Part shown: positions 50,148 to 62,381 of the stretch, piece after piece
How the letters are laid out: each line of letters starts with the position of its first letter
Numbering within the stretch: position 1 is the first letter of the stretch
Origin: Mytilus californianus
Taxonomy: Eukaryota
Reading direction: 5' to 3'
NCBI RefSeq assembly: GCF_021869535.1
Contig: NW_026262581.1
Span: forward strand, 16,678,001 to 16,742,000
Length of the DNA: 64,000 nucleotides
Made by a program: the position numbers and the translations under genes
Notes under the pieces: model-generated
Seen by the model: only the letters and a program-made list of their open reading frames with translations
What the model was told of the DNA's origin: nothing
The model's database searches: none

Positions 50148-53100
50148 GTAAGTTTACATATTTTAATATCGCACACATGGAACTGTGGAAGGAGAACCTG
50201 ATCAATGTCCGTCTGTTCACCAGATTGTTAAGTTTAAGTATATTTTTGGCATATCAGTGCATGCTATATATATAATACTTAACCACTGCAGTCTTCTCGT
50301 ATAATATAACACAATTCTCGATGGTCAACTCAAGTTTTTGATAGATTTTATTGATGTTGCTTGCTATATGTCAAGCGAAAAATATTTCACAAATCTCCGG
50401 GATAAGAACAAATTAACAATAAATTAATTGATAGGTTCGACAGGTGGACACGTTCTGCCGATGAAGAGCGAAAAAAATGTTGACTGCTATTTTGATTTGA
50501 TTATGTAATTTGCTATTCGTAGTCATTCCTTAGAGCCTCTTATGCATATAGATATGTAAGCAACATCTCAGTTATGACCAACATCTTCGACTTGATTGAC
50601 TACAAGCTTGATTACGTTTATTTCTGAGAAACTCATGTGTGTTGTATGAATTAGTTTACATTGATATATACAATCACAATTGTTACAAAGACATTGGTTC
50701 TTCTTGAACTATATATCTCTTGTTACGTCTTGCTTAGAAAATATATATTTACAGATGCATTTGCAACACTTTTTAGATATGTTGTCCTGACCAGTAAACA
50801 CGGCGAAGGCTTTCCAAACTGGCCATCCAGCCATTCTTTCAACTGGAATGCAAAAGCAGTCGGACCTAACAGGGACCTTGTTGGTTAGTACATGTGCTAA
50901 GGATGAATCATTGGATTCCTTTTTCCAATATAACCTTTCATATACTTGGATTTGGACAATAGAAAAAAGATTGTATTCAGTTCATTAAAAAATAAATTGA
51001 AGTTGTCCTTATAGTTGATAAAACAGAAAATATGCTGTAGTTTATCCGTTTTGGTAGATAGAGTGAACATGCGAGCTTTTGACTAACATTTTGTAGATAG
51101 AGTGAACATGCGAGCTTTTGACTAACATTTGGTAGATAGAGTGAACATACCAGCTTTTGACAAACATTTTGTAGATAGAGTGAACATGCGATCTTTTGAC
51201 TAACATTTTGGTAGATAAAGTGAACATACGAGCTTTTGACTAACATTTTGGTAGATGGAGTGAACATGCGAGCTTTTGACTAACATTTTGGTAGATAGAG
51301 TGAACATGCGAGCTTTTGACTAACATTTTGGTAGATGGAGTGAACATGCGAGCTTTTGACTAACATTTTGGTAGATAGAGTGAACATGCGAGCTTTTGAC
51401 TAACATTTTGGTAGATAGAGTGAACATGCGATCTTTTGACTAACATTGTGGTAGATAGAGTGAACATGCGATCTTTTGACTAACATTTTGGTAGATAGAG
51501 TGAACATGCGAGCTTTTGACTAACATTTTTGGTAGATAGAGTGAACATGCGAGCTTTTAACTAACATTTTTGGTAGATAGAGTGAACATGCGAGCTTTTA
51601 ACTAACATTTTTGGTAGATAGAGTGAACATGCGAGCTTTTGACTAACATTTTGGTAGATAGAGTGAAAATGCGAGCTTTTGACAACATTTAAAACAATAC
51701 TTTTATTATATTAGCATTTATATATTTTAGTTTGATATTAACTATACAATCATTTTAGGAGACCTAGCTAATGCTATAAGGAATAAAACGGATATAAAGT
51801 TTGGTACATACTACTGTATATCCGAATGGCTTCATCCCTTGTATATGAAAGATAAGGCGAACAACTTCACTACACAAAGCTTTGTATTGGTAAGTTACGT
51901 AGTCTTAGTATTAATATAGTCATGTCCATAAACCGATTGGATGTACGTCATTGTGACAGCACGAAGACCAGAAGGACATCTAGAGGTCAACATACGGTAG
52001 TCAACAATAGACAAGTGTCTATACAATATATATAAAGCACAAAATCTCCTCAAGTCTAGAAACTGTCATCATCACCAAATTCTTTACAACACAAAAACAA
52101 ACTTTAGATATAAATAAAATAAAAAAGCATGATAGTTTATCACGTAAAACTTGAAAATCCATTGGCGTTTTAATTCTTATAATTTAGTTCATTAAAGGTT
52201 GCAAATAATTAAAAATTGTTTGTTAGTGCACATCTACGAGAAATTTTATGTATTCATCAAATTATAAATACCTTCTTTTCCGTTAAGACAAAGGCTTTAC
52301 CTGAACTATATGAACTTGTAAACAAGTACAAACCGGAGATATTATGGGCAGATCTGGCCGATGGTCAAGGACCAGCTTCTTACTACAAGTCTAAAGAATT
52401 CCTTGCCTGGTTGTATAATGACAGGTAAGGATTCAAAGCTGACCAATGATGTTGATGTTAAAACCAAACTGATTACCTGGCAATATGGAATTTAGAAATA
52501 TTTCAAATCTCAGTGGCACATTTTTCGACAGCAACTTGCCCATATGCGGTTCACGACCACCAATTATTCGCCAAAACCAATCTTAATTTTTCTCAATCTG
52601 ATTAAAATACATAGCATGGATACGCGCTTCGCTTACAAGAGATTTACAGAAAGTCTCGGTACCGACTATTTACACCAACTTCAACAGGAAAAATGAGTAA
52701 ACGATTTGCATTTCAAGGTAAAAGTTGCAAATACCTGTTAGAATAAAACAATAAACTGTCAAATACAATTTCACAAATCGTATCCCCCTTTTGTTAGCTC
52801 ATTGGGTCAATGGTATGTGAGTTAATGTCATGATCACTAGGCATCCGTTGTTGTCCGTTGTCTTTTCAGGCTTAAAAAGTATTTGAACCAAACTTAGTGT
52901 AAATGCCATTTAAAAAAACAATTCAGTACACCTATGCTAAAATTTGTATTTCTAATGAAAAACGTAGTTGTAAATATTTAAATGACAAATTGAAGCATTT
53001 ATGAGTCTTTAACTCAATAAACACGATTTATATCCATTTATATGAGATTAAAATATAATATTTAAGTAAGTTTTATACGTAATTTATGTGCATGCATGCA

Positions 53101-56100
53101 GTGTCAAGGTAACAAATTTCATATTATATTTTTTTGCTGGTTTTCTGATTGCCTTGAAATCTGCAAAATTAACTTTTTATACGCCCGTCAAATTTTTGAC
53201 GGGACGTATTATGGTATACAAATGACCGGCGTCCGTCCGTCTGTCTGTCCGTCTGTCCGTCTGTCTGTCCGGCGTAAACATGTCGCACCGTAACTTGAGA
53301 ACGACTTATCCAAATTTCATGAAACTTAACATAGTTGTTTCTCATGATGGTCAAACGATCTGTTTACTTTTTGGTGAAAATAAGATTAAAACTTTTTGAG
53401 TTACAGGACTTAGTAACTAAAACAGGTGTGTGTTTTTTTTCACATGTCGCGCCGTATCTCAAAAACAATTTTATGATTATTGCTTAAAACTTTACACACT
53501 TCTTAGTTATATTGACCTTAAGATCTGTATACTTTTTGGTGATGATTCAAAATTTTATTTTTGAGTTATTGAGTATTTTGTAAAAAAAGGGGGAGGGGTT
53601 TTTCACATGTCGCGCCGTATCTCAAAAACGATTTATGATTATTGCTTAAAATTTTACACACTTCTTAGTTATATTAATCTAAAGATCTGTATACTTTTTG
53701 GTTTTGATTCAAAATTTTATTTAAGAGATATTGAGTTTTTTGTAAAAAAAAAAGGGGGGGTTTTCGCATGTCACGCCGTATGTCAGAAACTATTTATGCT
53801 TATTGCATAAAAATTCACACACAATACGACGGGCGTATCATGCGCTCATGGCGCAGCTGTTTATTTAGAATGTTTATATTAACTCTAATGACAAATCACA
53901 GTTACTTTATTATTCTATGTAACACGTTTTTTTTAAACTAATTTCAATCGACGTTGATGAAATGCATGTCTATCTTCTTCTTCTTCTTCTTCCGGAAGTA
54001 GACTCCTAGGTAGGAGTGTTAAGCTTCCTGTAACCAATACTAGATCAACCGGTAAATTATTTCTTCTTTTGGATATGAAGCCTTTCAGTAATGATTTAAA
54101 AGCACAAAGATCCTAAAAATTGTGCACGGCACTTTTCTTTCATCACAGTGTAGAGAAAAAAATTCAAAAGCTCGAGTAAAAAATAAGTGCGTACCCTTTT
54201 GTCATGTCTATGCTGTTGCCAACAAATTTATAAATGACAACAATATTACACTTGTAAAAAGTGCAAATACATGTTGGAAACCAAGCCAGCAGAAGAAAAA
54301 CGTTATCACTGCAACAAATGGAGTATAATCATTTCACAACAGCATTCATAAATACAGAAATTTGTCTATATTGTTACTGTCTATCATGTTACGTTAGTTT
54401 AAGTAACAAGATAGACAACATAAAGAGGAGGGTTTAAAAATTGCAATTTCGACATTTTTTTTAAATGACCAAATTAGGAATGCTCTTTATCTGGTTCACT
54501 ACAAAATTTATATCTGACAGCTCTATCCAATTTAAAAAATGGCCACCAAAGCCTTTGAGCGGTCGACAAAAACTACGAATTAGATGGTAGAAATGTTTCT
54601 GGAATGATCATCACACATTTCGCAAATAGACACATGAAATAAGTAATTTTCATAGATGTGGTCAGGGGTAATATAAAAAAAACCAAATTACATGTCGTAT
54701 CTCAGCAGATAATGGACTGATTTAAACAATAGGAAACTGAGAAGAATTCACAGCATATTCAGACTTCGACAGAAAATGAACAAATACAAGTACATGTATA
54801 TAATATGATCCTTTCAAGTTTTATTAAAAAGTAAATTTTGTCACTTTTATCTCCGATTACAAACCATTGAAGAAATAATTACAAGTTTCATGTGCTTTTA
54901 ACCAGTTCCTTTTAATTTATTTAGATTACAATATTTTGACTCCAAAATTCATGTGTACGCCCGGTCGTTTTGACGTAAACGTAGCTACGCGCCTGTGCCC
55001 GTAAATTCACATTTGAGATAACTCGAATAATTCTGCGCCCTCTAGCGGCCTATAGCCTATCGGTTAATGTAGCAATCGGAGATTAGTCGGAGATCGGCGG
55101 AATATAACGACTGACATTATTCGGGTTACATTTGAGACGACCCCTTTCATTTACCTGTCAAAGTCAGTGTCAACAGTCGGTACCGAGACTTTAGGCGAGG
55201 CGAAGCGTTGGGACAGGATCTGTATTTTAATCAGATTGAATTTTTCTCGGTTGTAGTCCGAGTTGTGCCATCATTATTTAATCGCTTTCATTGAGATATA
55301 TCTAGTTCGATCAGTGATTAAGATGATGGTAAGCGTTTCCAACAGGGTCCTGCGAGTAAGATAGAAATGATATTCTTGGATTTTTTATTAGCAACAAAAT
55401 TACAGAATAATCATTATATGATCATCTATGCTTGGATTATAATGCCAATGCATTGGCTTCCAATGAAAAACTACTTCCTCTTTCAAAATGTTGCTTATCC
55501 ATCTTGACTGCCAAAAGAGTTAAGTGATTGTTCTTATTTATGCTAAATAAGTGAGCTCCCATACAAATTATTTAAAATATTTGTTAAAAACTTTGAAAAA
55601 AACGACGATCGTTTTGTTTACATTATTAGAACGTGTAAATATCGAATACATATAGTTACTAGTATACGTTTTTTTTTTTATAATTTGCGACGAAAATTAC
55701 ATCTACTGTGGAAATCAATGTGATATTATTCAAATTAAGGACCTTCACATATACTTTCATTGCAGTCCTGTGAAAGACAGTGTTGTCACAAATGACCGCT
55801 GGTGTCATGAATGTTTCTGTAAACATGGGGGATACAAGACCTGCAGAGATAAATGGAATCCTGGTTAGTAATGGAGAATTTTATAACATACTGTTAATTT
55901 TATAAAAGTTTAATGTACGTCAATTACACACATTTTTTTGGTCTTCAGAAAAGAAAGATTAGGCGGTCGAGGGTTATGGAGATTTAATCTAATGAATAGA
56001 GCAATGAATCCTCGATTCTATTAGAACATAGATGTTAACATGGTTAAGATAATGCTAAAGTTGAAATGTAAAAAAACGTTGGTGAGATATCAGATGTCTA

Positions 56101-58104
56101 TAGACTTGGTGGGACTAATTTGAGGAATATTGCCGGCATCAGTTTTGTTGTCGAGTTGTTTTGAAGCATGTTCCTACACTATATTTGCCATGGGTTAAAT
56201 TGATTTTATATATAATTGATCGGTGTTACATCAAAATTTTCGTGTCTTGAAATTGAATGAACATAAATATTTTTTGTTTGAAGGTAAACTGCAGAAATTT
56301 AAATGGGAAGATTGTATGTCGGTGGACAGGCATTCCTGGGGATACCGTAGAAATGCTCCTCTTGATTCATATCTAGATATAAACCAAATCATCTCAACGT
56401 TCGCATCAACAATCAGGTAAATACAAAATTGCAAATGACAAACAAAAGATTTGAAATTGAGGTTAAGTGTTAAAACTTTACCTAATCTCACCATATAGTA
56501 ATGCGCCTTGTCAAAACAAACCAGGAATATCGCCAGTCTTTAACCATATTTTATTTGTTTTGGGTTTTTTTTTGTCGATTGCCACTGATAAAAAACTTTT
56601 GTTCAGTACTTTTCTAGACTGGCGATTACGAGCTTGACAAATTAACTAGACATGTCTTTTGTTGACTGCTAGAGATCTTTTGACTCGTTTTTGTTTTTAG
56701 TTTGTTGTCTCATTGAAGTTTGATCCAACATCCCCCACATCTCCTTTTATTTACATTTTTTTAATTTGTATTTCATTTTGAATATATTGGAAAATCATGA
56801 GAAATTGATAAAAATTAGGATTTGTATTTTGATATGACTTTTATATTGGAAACATTCTATTTGTTCGGACTCGAGTCATCATAATTACATATCATTTCCA
56901 TATTTATACCCATGTTAGAAAAGAATGCTGACTGCAGTGGAAACATGCCAATGGTAGTCAAACGTTGTATTGCTATGCATACTGACTATGTATACTGACC
57001 ATGTTTACTGACCATGTTTACTGACTATGCTCGATTTTTTTTCAGTTGTGGTGGCAATATGCTGATGAATATTGGTCCAACGAAGGAGGGAACAATTATT
57101 CCAGTATTTGCGGAAAGATTACGACAGTTTGGAAGTTGGTTAAAAATAAATGGAGAAGGTGTTTACGGATCAGTACCTTGGAGCCACCAAAATGATTTCA
57201 CTACAAAAAATGTCTGGTAATGGTTTATATATTGCAAGAGTTTACCTGGTTTCTTGACCTATGTGTCATTTGAATATTTGTTTCAGTAGATTCAGGGTAA
57301 CATCATTGTTGAATTAAGAATGATATTAAAATATCACTTTTTATTTCTTTTTCAATATATACAGACTACCTTGGTTGTCTCACGGAAGCGTGTTGGCCTC
57401 AAGCACGGGAGGTCCTTTGTTCGATCCATTGCAGTGCCAAACCAAAAACTAAAATATTGGTATTTGCTGCTTCTCTGTCAAGCACACATCATTCGGGAGT
57501 AAGAGCAAAAACTAGCCAGCTCTGAGAAATAGGAGTCCGAGTATAAAGACATGTCTTCCTGCAGATTGATACCTTGTGATCTATCATGTTAAAAATTCGA
57601 CAATGACAGCGTGTCGGTCTAGGACAAATCATGGTTCATATTCACATTAACAGACATGAAATATTTGCCACTGGACATTGAACACATCCGTCATCACCTC
57701 ATCATCATCGTACAATTTTAATCTTCTATATTACTAATATTAGATTTTTTTTAATCGATTTTAACAATTATATTTAAAATTAAACTTATATATCAAAGAA
57801 TAAGTAAATATATTTTGTGATATACTGTCATATTTTGTAAAGGTACACGAAAAAGAAAACAGAAAATGATGGTACCATGGTATATGCAATAATGCTTACA
57901 TGGCCAGACGATTCTGTATTGGTATTGGGAGCACCAATACCTTCTCAATCTACACAAGTCACTATGCTTGGATATGAGGGAACAGTCAACTGGATATCAG
58001 GACCTGGTGGACAAGGGATGAATATTACCCTACAAAATATACCATGGAATAAGCTGCCTTCTCCATGGGCATGGGTGTTTAAGTTGACTTATATAACGAA
58101 CTAG
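49801..58104 (+). CDS. FUCA: Alpha-L-fucosidase-like (GH29) gene, 8 exons, 1386 nt, 461 aa, with signal peptide
   Basis: join(49801..50147,50777..50883,51759..51889,52288..52424,55766..55863,56284..56416,57046..57216,57843..58104). All introns are GT-AG and phases are compatible. Motifs: [57 protein letters not shown]. Co-orthologous to vertebrate FUCA1/FUCA2 (inference). Confidence 0.95.
50777..50883 (+). CDS. FUCA: Fucosidase copy 1 exon 2
   Basis: [17 protein letters not shown]...GPNRDLV, ttttAG acceptor and GTTAGT donor. Confidence 0.95.
51049..51690. repeat. 40-bp minisatellite, 16 copies, in intron 2
   Basis: Unit ttttggtagatagagtgaacatgcgagcttttgactaaca. Confidence 0.95.
51759..51889 (+). 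CDS. FUCA: Fucosidase copy 1 exon 3
   Basis: [28 protein letters not shown]...QSFVL, ttttAG acceptor and GTAAGT donor. Confidence 0.93.
52288..52424 (+). CDS. FUCA: Fucosidase copy 1 exon 4 (nucleophile Asp codon 52351-52353)
   Basis: [26 protein letters not shown]...FLAWLYND, donor GTAAGG. Confidence 0.93.
53177..53862 (+). mobile_element. Complete HINE-like element with ~162-bp repeats in intron 4
   Basis: Perfect subterminal IR atacgcccgtc (53179-53189) / gacgggcgtat (53828-53838), a (gtcy)n tract, repeats at 53441, 53604 and 53765, and the 3' hairpin tgcgc-tcatg-gcgca. Confidence 0.85.
55035..55048 (-). promoter_or_regulatory. CTCF-consensus motif in a CpG-rich intronic island (~54950-55370)
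   Basis: The minus strand reads CCGCTAGAGGGCGC, close to the CCRSYAGRKGGCRS core. Confidence 0.4.
55766..55863 (+). CDS. FUCA: Fucosidase copy 1 exon 5
   Basis: [32 protein letters not shown], ttgcAG acceptor and GTTAGT donor. Confidence 0.93.
56284..56416 (+). CDS. FUCA: Fucosidase copy 1 exon 6
   Basis: [24 protein letters not shown]...FASTI, donor GTAAAT. Confidence 0.92.
57046..57216 (+). CDS. FUCA: Fucosidase copy 1 exon 7
   Basis: [15 protein letters not shown]...[15 protein letters not shown]...NV, tttcAG acceptor and GTAATG donor. Confidence 0.94.
57385..57690 (+). mobile_element. tRNA-derived SINE in intron 7
   Basis: Head ...ggaggtcctttgttcgatcc, core ggtatttgctgcttctct...gagtaagagcaaa, and tail gaaatatttgccactggac. 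Same family as 59470-59793. Confidence 0.7.
57843..58104 (+). CDS. FUCA: Fucosidase copy 1 exon 8 (terminal)
   Basis: YTKKK...VYAIMLTWP...LGAP...VTMLGY...[12 protein letters not shown]. Confidence 0.93.
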
Positions 58105-59469
58105 GCTGTATGTTATGCATGATATATATATATATGCCCGGTATACCAGAAAGAGATTTGTCTAGTCTAGATGTTAAAGGCACACCATCATTCCAAAAAC
58201 ACTACAAGAAAGAGATTAATCTATATGTTAAAGGCACATAACATTCTCCAATGAAAATTATAATACGACAAACACACCTGTGTATTGCTCGACTGATAAA
58301 AGCATCATGTTTTTGCAATGTTTGAATTGTTTTGATTTTAGAACTATGTATTCATAAATTATGACTTAGATAAATATTTAAACAGTATTTCAAAAGGTGA
58401 TAGATTTGTCTTTATAATTGTTCAATGAACACATATTATGCATTGTGATTGTATCTCTGTATATATATATATATATATATATCTTTTTTTCCCTTACTTA
58501 TGAAAATATTTATGTGTATTTTTTTACTTTTTTATCAACATCTATTTATCTTCTATTTTCTTTATTTTATATTTACTATTGTTGTTACAGGAATAAACAA
58601 ATGAAACTTTTGATGAAAATACACAAAAAGTGCTCTCTACATATTTCATTGTAATTGATATGACTACTATTATTATTTATTTGTGGCAAAGATGGACATG
58701 AGACAACAACGTCAAGAAATAATTGGAAATAATTCAATAACAAAACAGATCTGTTAAAGGTGTTTAATATCCCGACAGCGTTCTAACGTCTGTAACTCAT
58801 TAGCTCACTGTCGGACGACAGAAAATACTGTCAACACAGACTACATGTTTGGCAGTGTTAAACCCATGCTGAGTGTGTGTGGGTGGTTCACTTGGTTTTG
58901 CGGTTTTATTAATATGCAGCCGCGTACATTCAGAATGGGGACGTTTAATTCCATGCCTTGTGTATCGAGAGAACCTCTCCATGTTACAAACCTTTGTTCA
59001 AACACTGAGGGATGTGCAGGCCTTTTGCAAAGCAAGTTTTCTGCATGTTTCTTTTTTTTCTAGTGATTGTCCAATTTCCAACCCTTCATCTCAGACGACC
59101 CAATTGGAAAAACCCTAAAATGTTCATATTTATCGATAATTTGTTGCTGTCCTGAATTATCCTTTGATACTTGCCACTGGACTAGAAGCAAGTAAAAATC
59201 GACCATCTTATCAACCTAGGGTTGATTTTCCACGAGATAGCAACCCATCAACACATATCTCCCAAAAATAGACACATAAAGGTAACTGTGTAGTCCGGCC
59301 ATACGAGTCAATAAACAAATTTATAATCTCCTCAATTCCAGGCAAGTTACGGGTTCAAAAGAGACAAAATGTATACAATAATTCTAAAAAAAATGGACAA
59401 ATAAGAAAAAGACACCGTGAATTATTTCAATGCACAATACTAGGATGCAGAAAATTGAAGAAGATGGAT

Positions 59470-59793
59470 GGCTGAATGAATGGTTGTTTAACGTCCAGTG
59501 GCAAATTAAATATTCGAGACCAGAACATGTTTGTGCGATATGAATTGAACCTTGCTTTATACTAGACCGACACGCTATGTCGGATTTTTAACGTACTAGT
59601 TCACAAGGTAACAGTCCACAGGAGGACATGTCGACCTACCCGGACACATTATTCTAACTCTGAGCCGACCAGTCCAAACTCTATCTCCTTAATGCGGCGT
59701 GCTTAGAGGAGAAGCAGCAAATACCAATTTTACAGTCTTTGGTTTGGCCCGGCCGGGGTTCGAACCAACAACCTCCCGTACAAGAGGCAAACA
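59470..59793 (-). mobile_element. tRNA-derived SINE
   Basis: Minus strand B-box ggttcgaacc, core attggtatttgctgcttctcctctaagcacgccgcattaagg, and tail ccactggacgttaaacaacc. Confidence 0.75.
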
Positions 59794-61157
59794 CACTACC
59801 ACCGATTGAAAAAGAAGAGAATTGCTTGTGATATATTAGCTCTTTTTTAGACTCATATGTTGCCTCTTCCAATGTAAATAGTAGGAGGTGTGGGGATTGT
59901 GGGCATGCGTCAATGAGACAGCAACCCAAATGAAACAAAAACAAAAGTAATCGATGTCAACAATGAACACAATATGTCAAAATCTCCCCTGGTCTAAACA
60001 AGATCTATTGTTTACTCAAATTTACATATTTGAAATGAAGGTAGATGTGGGGTATACATCAATGAGACAGTAATCCAATGATAACAACAATACAACTAGA
60101 AGGCAGTCTTCAACAATAGACGGGTGTCTTTACAATATGTAAAGCTGTACTGAATTCGTTCCGTTTCTATATAAAAAAATGAGAATAACACTTTTATAGA
60201 TTTGATGCATCCGATGTGCTTTTATAGATTTATAAAATTGTGAATAGATTTAATAGGATCAATTAAATATCTGCTCATACACTCAATTCTCCAAATAACT
60301 AAAACAGTTAGAGCGACTGACATGGTTCCTAGTTTGGAACATGCATGTTAAAATGTAGCGGGGTTAAAATATTTTTTTAGAGACCATCACATATTTTAAT
60401 CTCGACAAGAACATTAATTCACAAAACGTACACAAATATTAAACATACAAGAAAGATCAGTACAAGAAAAGCACTTCAATCTAAAATAACGGTATAATAG
60501 ATAACGCAATCAATAACAAAGTTTAACGTTTTAAACAATGCATACCGTTTTGAAATATGATTGTAGTGTAGTTACTACAAGCAATTGCAAGACCATAGGA
60601 CATCTTTACCAGGTCAAAGAAAAAATTATAAGTTTAAAGAAAGGACTCTTTTACAGGGACATGCATCTTTGAACTGATAATTGCTCAATTGTGTTTTGTT
60701 TTTTCTTTGACTTGTTAAACTCGTTTTCTAATTTCGAAATCTGCATTTGTTTGACAATAATCGCCGTGCATGCATAGGTGCGGATTAAGCCCCCCCCCCC
60801 CCTTTCACGAAACCAGACAGAAAGAAATGTAATTTACTGGTAAAATAATAGAAATAATAGTCATTATTTCTGTCAAAATACGGTCCCCTAATTCCTTTTG
60901 ATTTTGCCATTTTGATAAGGGACTTTCCGTTGTGAATTTCCTTGGAGTTCGGTATTTTTGTTATTTTACTAATTCTCAGGACCCATGTCACATGGTTGTA
61001 TTAAATAAAAATACAGTGAAACCAATGAGTATTCAATTGAACAAAATGCCTATTTATATCATCAGGTAGCTGTATTGCTTCGGTGCACAATCGATTTTAA
61101 AGCCTATAGAGCATATTTCTATACAAATCATGTGATACTGTTTTGATATTTTTCATA

Positions 61158-61498
61158 ATGGCCACGCTTCTTTATTTATTACTCTGTTATCTTTTCGTGT
61201 ACAAAGGAATAACAGCAAAGTATACTCCTGACTGGAACTCAATAGATTCAAGACCATTACCAGACTGGTATGACAAAGCTAAATTTGGAATCTTTATCAC
61301 TTGGGGTGTTTTTTCTGTTCCAAGTTTTCATAATGAATGGTTTTGGCCAAATTGGAAGCGAAGAGCTCCAGATATAGTCAACTTTATGAGACATAATTAC
61401 CGACCTGATTTTACCTATGCTGACTTTGCTGCAGATTTTACAGCAGAATTCTTTAATCCTGATGAATGGGCAGATATATTTAAAGCATCAGGAGCAGG
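61158..61498 (+). CDS. FUCA: Fucosidase-like copy 2 exon 1 (gene incomplete at window end)
   Basis: [13 protein letters not shown]...[23 protein letters not shown]...KASGAG, colinear with copy 1 except a 2-aa deletion. Donor GTAAGT at 61499. Confidence 0.93.
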
Positions 61499-61900
61499 GT
61501 AAGTTGCTTATTTTCATATCGCACCCGTGGAAGGCGAACCATATATATTGTTGTATGTGATATTGTCCGTAGGTTCAACAGATTGTTAATGTTTAGTTTT
61601 AAGTTATCGAGCCACAGTATGTTTGGCATGATATTAGTGCATGATATATAGTACTTCACAACTGCTGTCTTCTCGTATAGTATAACATAATTCTCCAAGT
61701 CTAAGTTTTTGATAGATTTTCTTGATGTTAAATTGTTGGTATGCCCAGTAACACATAAAAGTAAAGCGACGGGGATAAAGAGCGAAAAATGTGGACAGCC
61801 ATTTTAATTTGGTAAATCGGTTTTTGTGTTCATTCGAAAGAACCTCACATTCATATATTACTCGACTTACGAAAGCTATACTAGTATTTGTATAGCCTTG

Positions 61901-62316
61901 TTGGCCGAGTGGTGCACAGCACTGGTCATAATGCAGGCGGTAATTCCACGATGTCACAGAAGCAGGGGGATTTGAATCCCGCTTAGGGAAGAACAAAAAA
62001 TTTATTAACGCAAAGGGGGTATGTTTAGGGCCCTTTTCGACCTACAAAACTGAAGTATTACAAAAATAGGTAATTTTAGCTTTAAAATAATCGCTAAGTA
62101 TTTTTTTAAGAGTAATATATTTGAAATATCATAAATATTTACAGCGATTTTAGTGTGAAGATATCAAAATTTCAATATTTTTTTCCAAACGATACAACAT
62201 TCATATATTTTTCACACTTATTTGTTGGCCGAGTGGTCTTTGGCAGTGGTCATAGTGCAGGTGGTGTTGCCACGATGTCACAGAAGCTGGGCTTTGAATC
62301 CCACTGAGGGAAGAAC
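61901..62316 (+). mobile_element. Two tRNA-derived SINE heads (61901-62002, 62225-62316) in intron 1 of copy 2
   Basis: An A-box tggccgagtgg and a B-box-like tttgaatccc are each followed by a gggaagaac motif. No cloverleaf. Confidence 0.6.
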
Positions 62317-62381
62317 GACCCTCGCTACGTATTACTTAGAAGAAACATATTTAAACATATACATTCTCCAATACTTTTTAG

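Noticed and set aside
58592-58597. AATAAA as the fucosidase poly(A) signal
   Set aside because: Plausible, but not distinguishable from chance in very AT-rich DNA.
61901-62316. tRNA genes here and at 48662 and 59757
   Set aside because: A and B boxes are present, but there is no acceptor stem or cloverleaf and they continue into SINE bodies.
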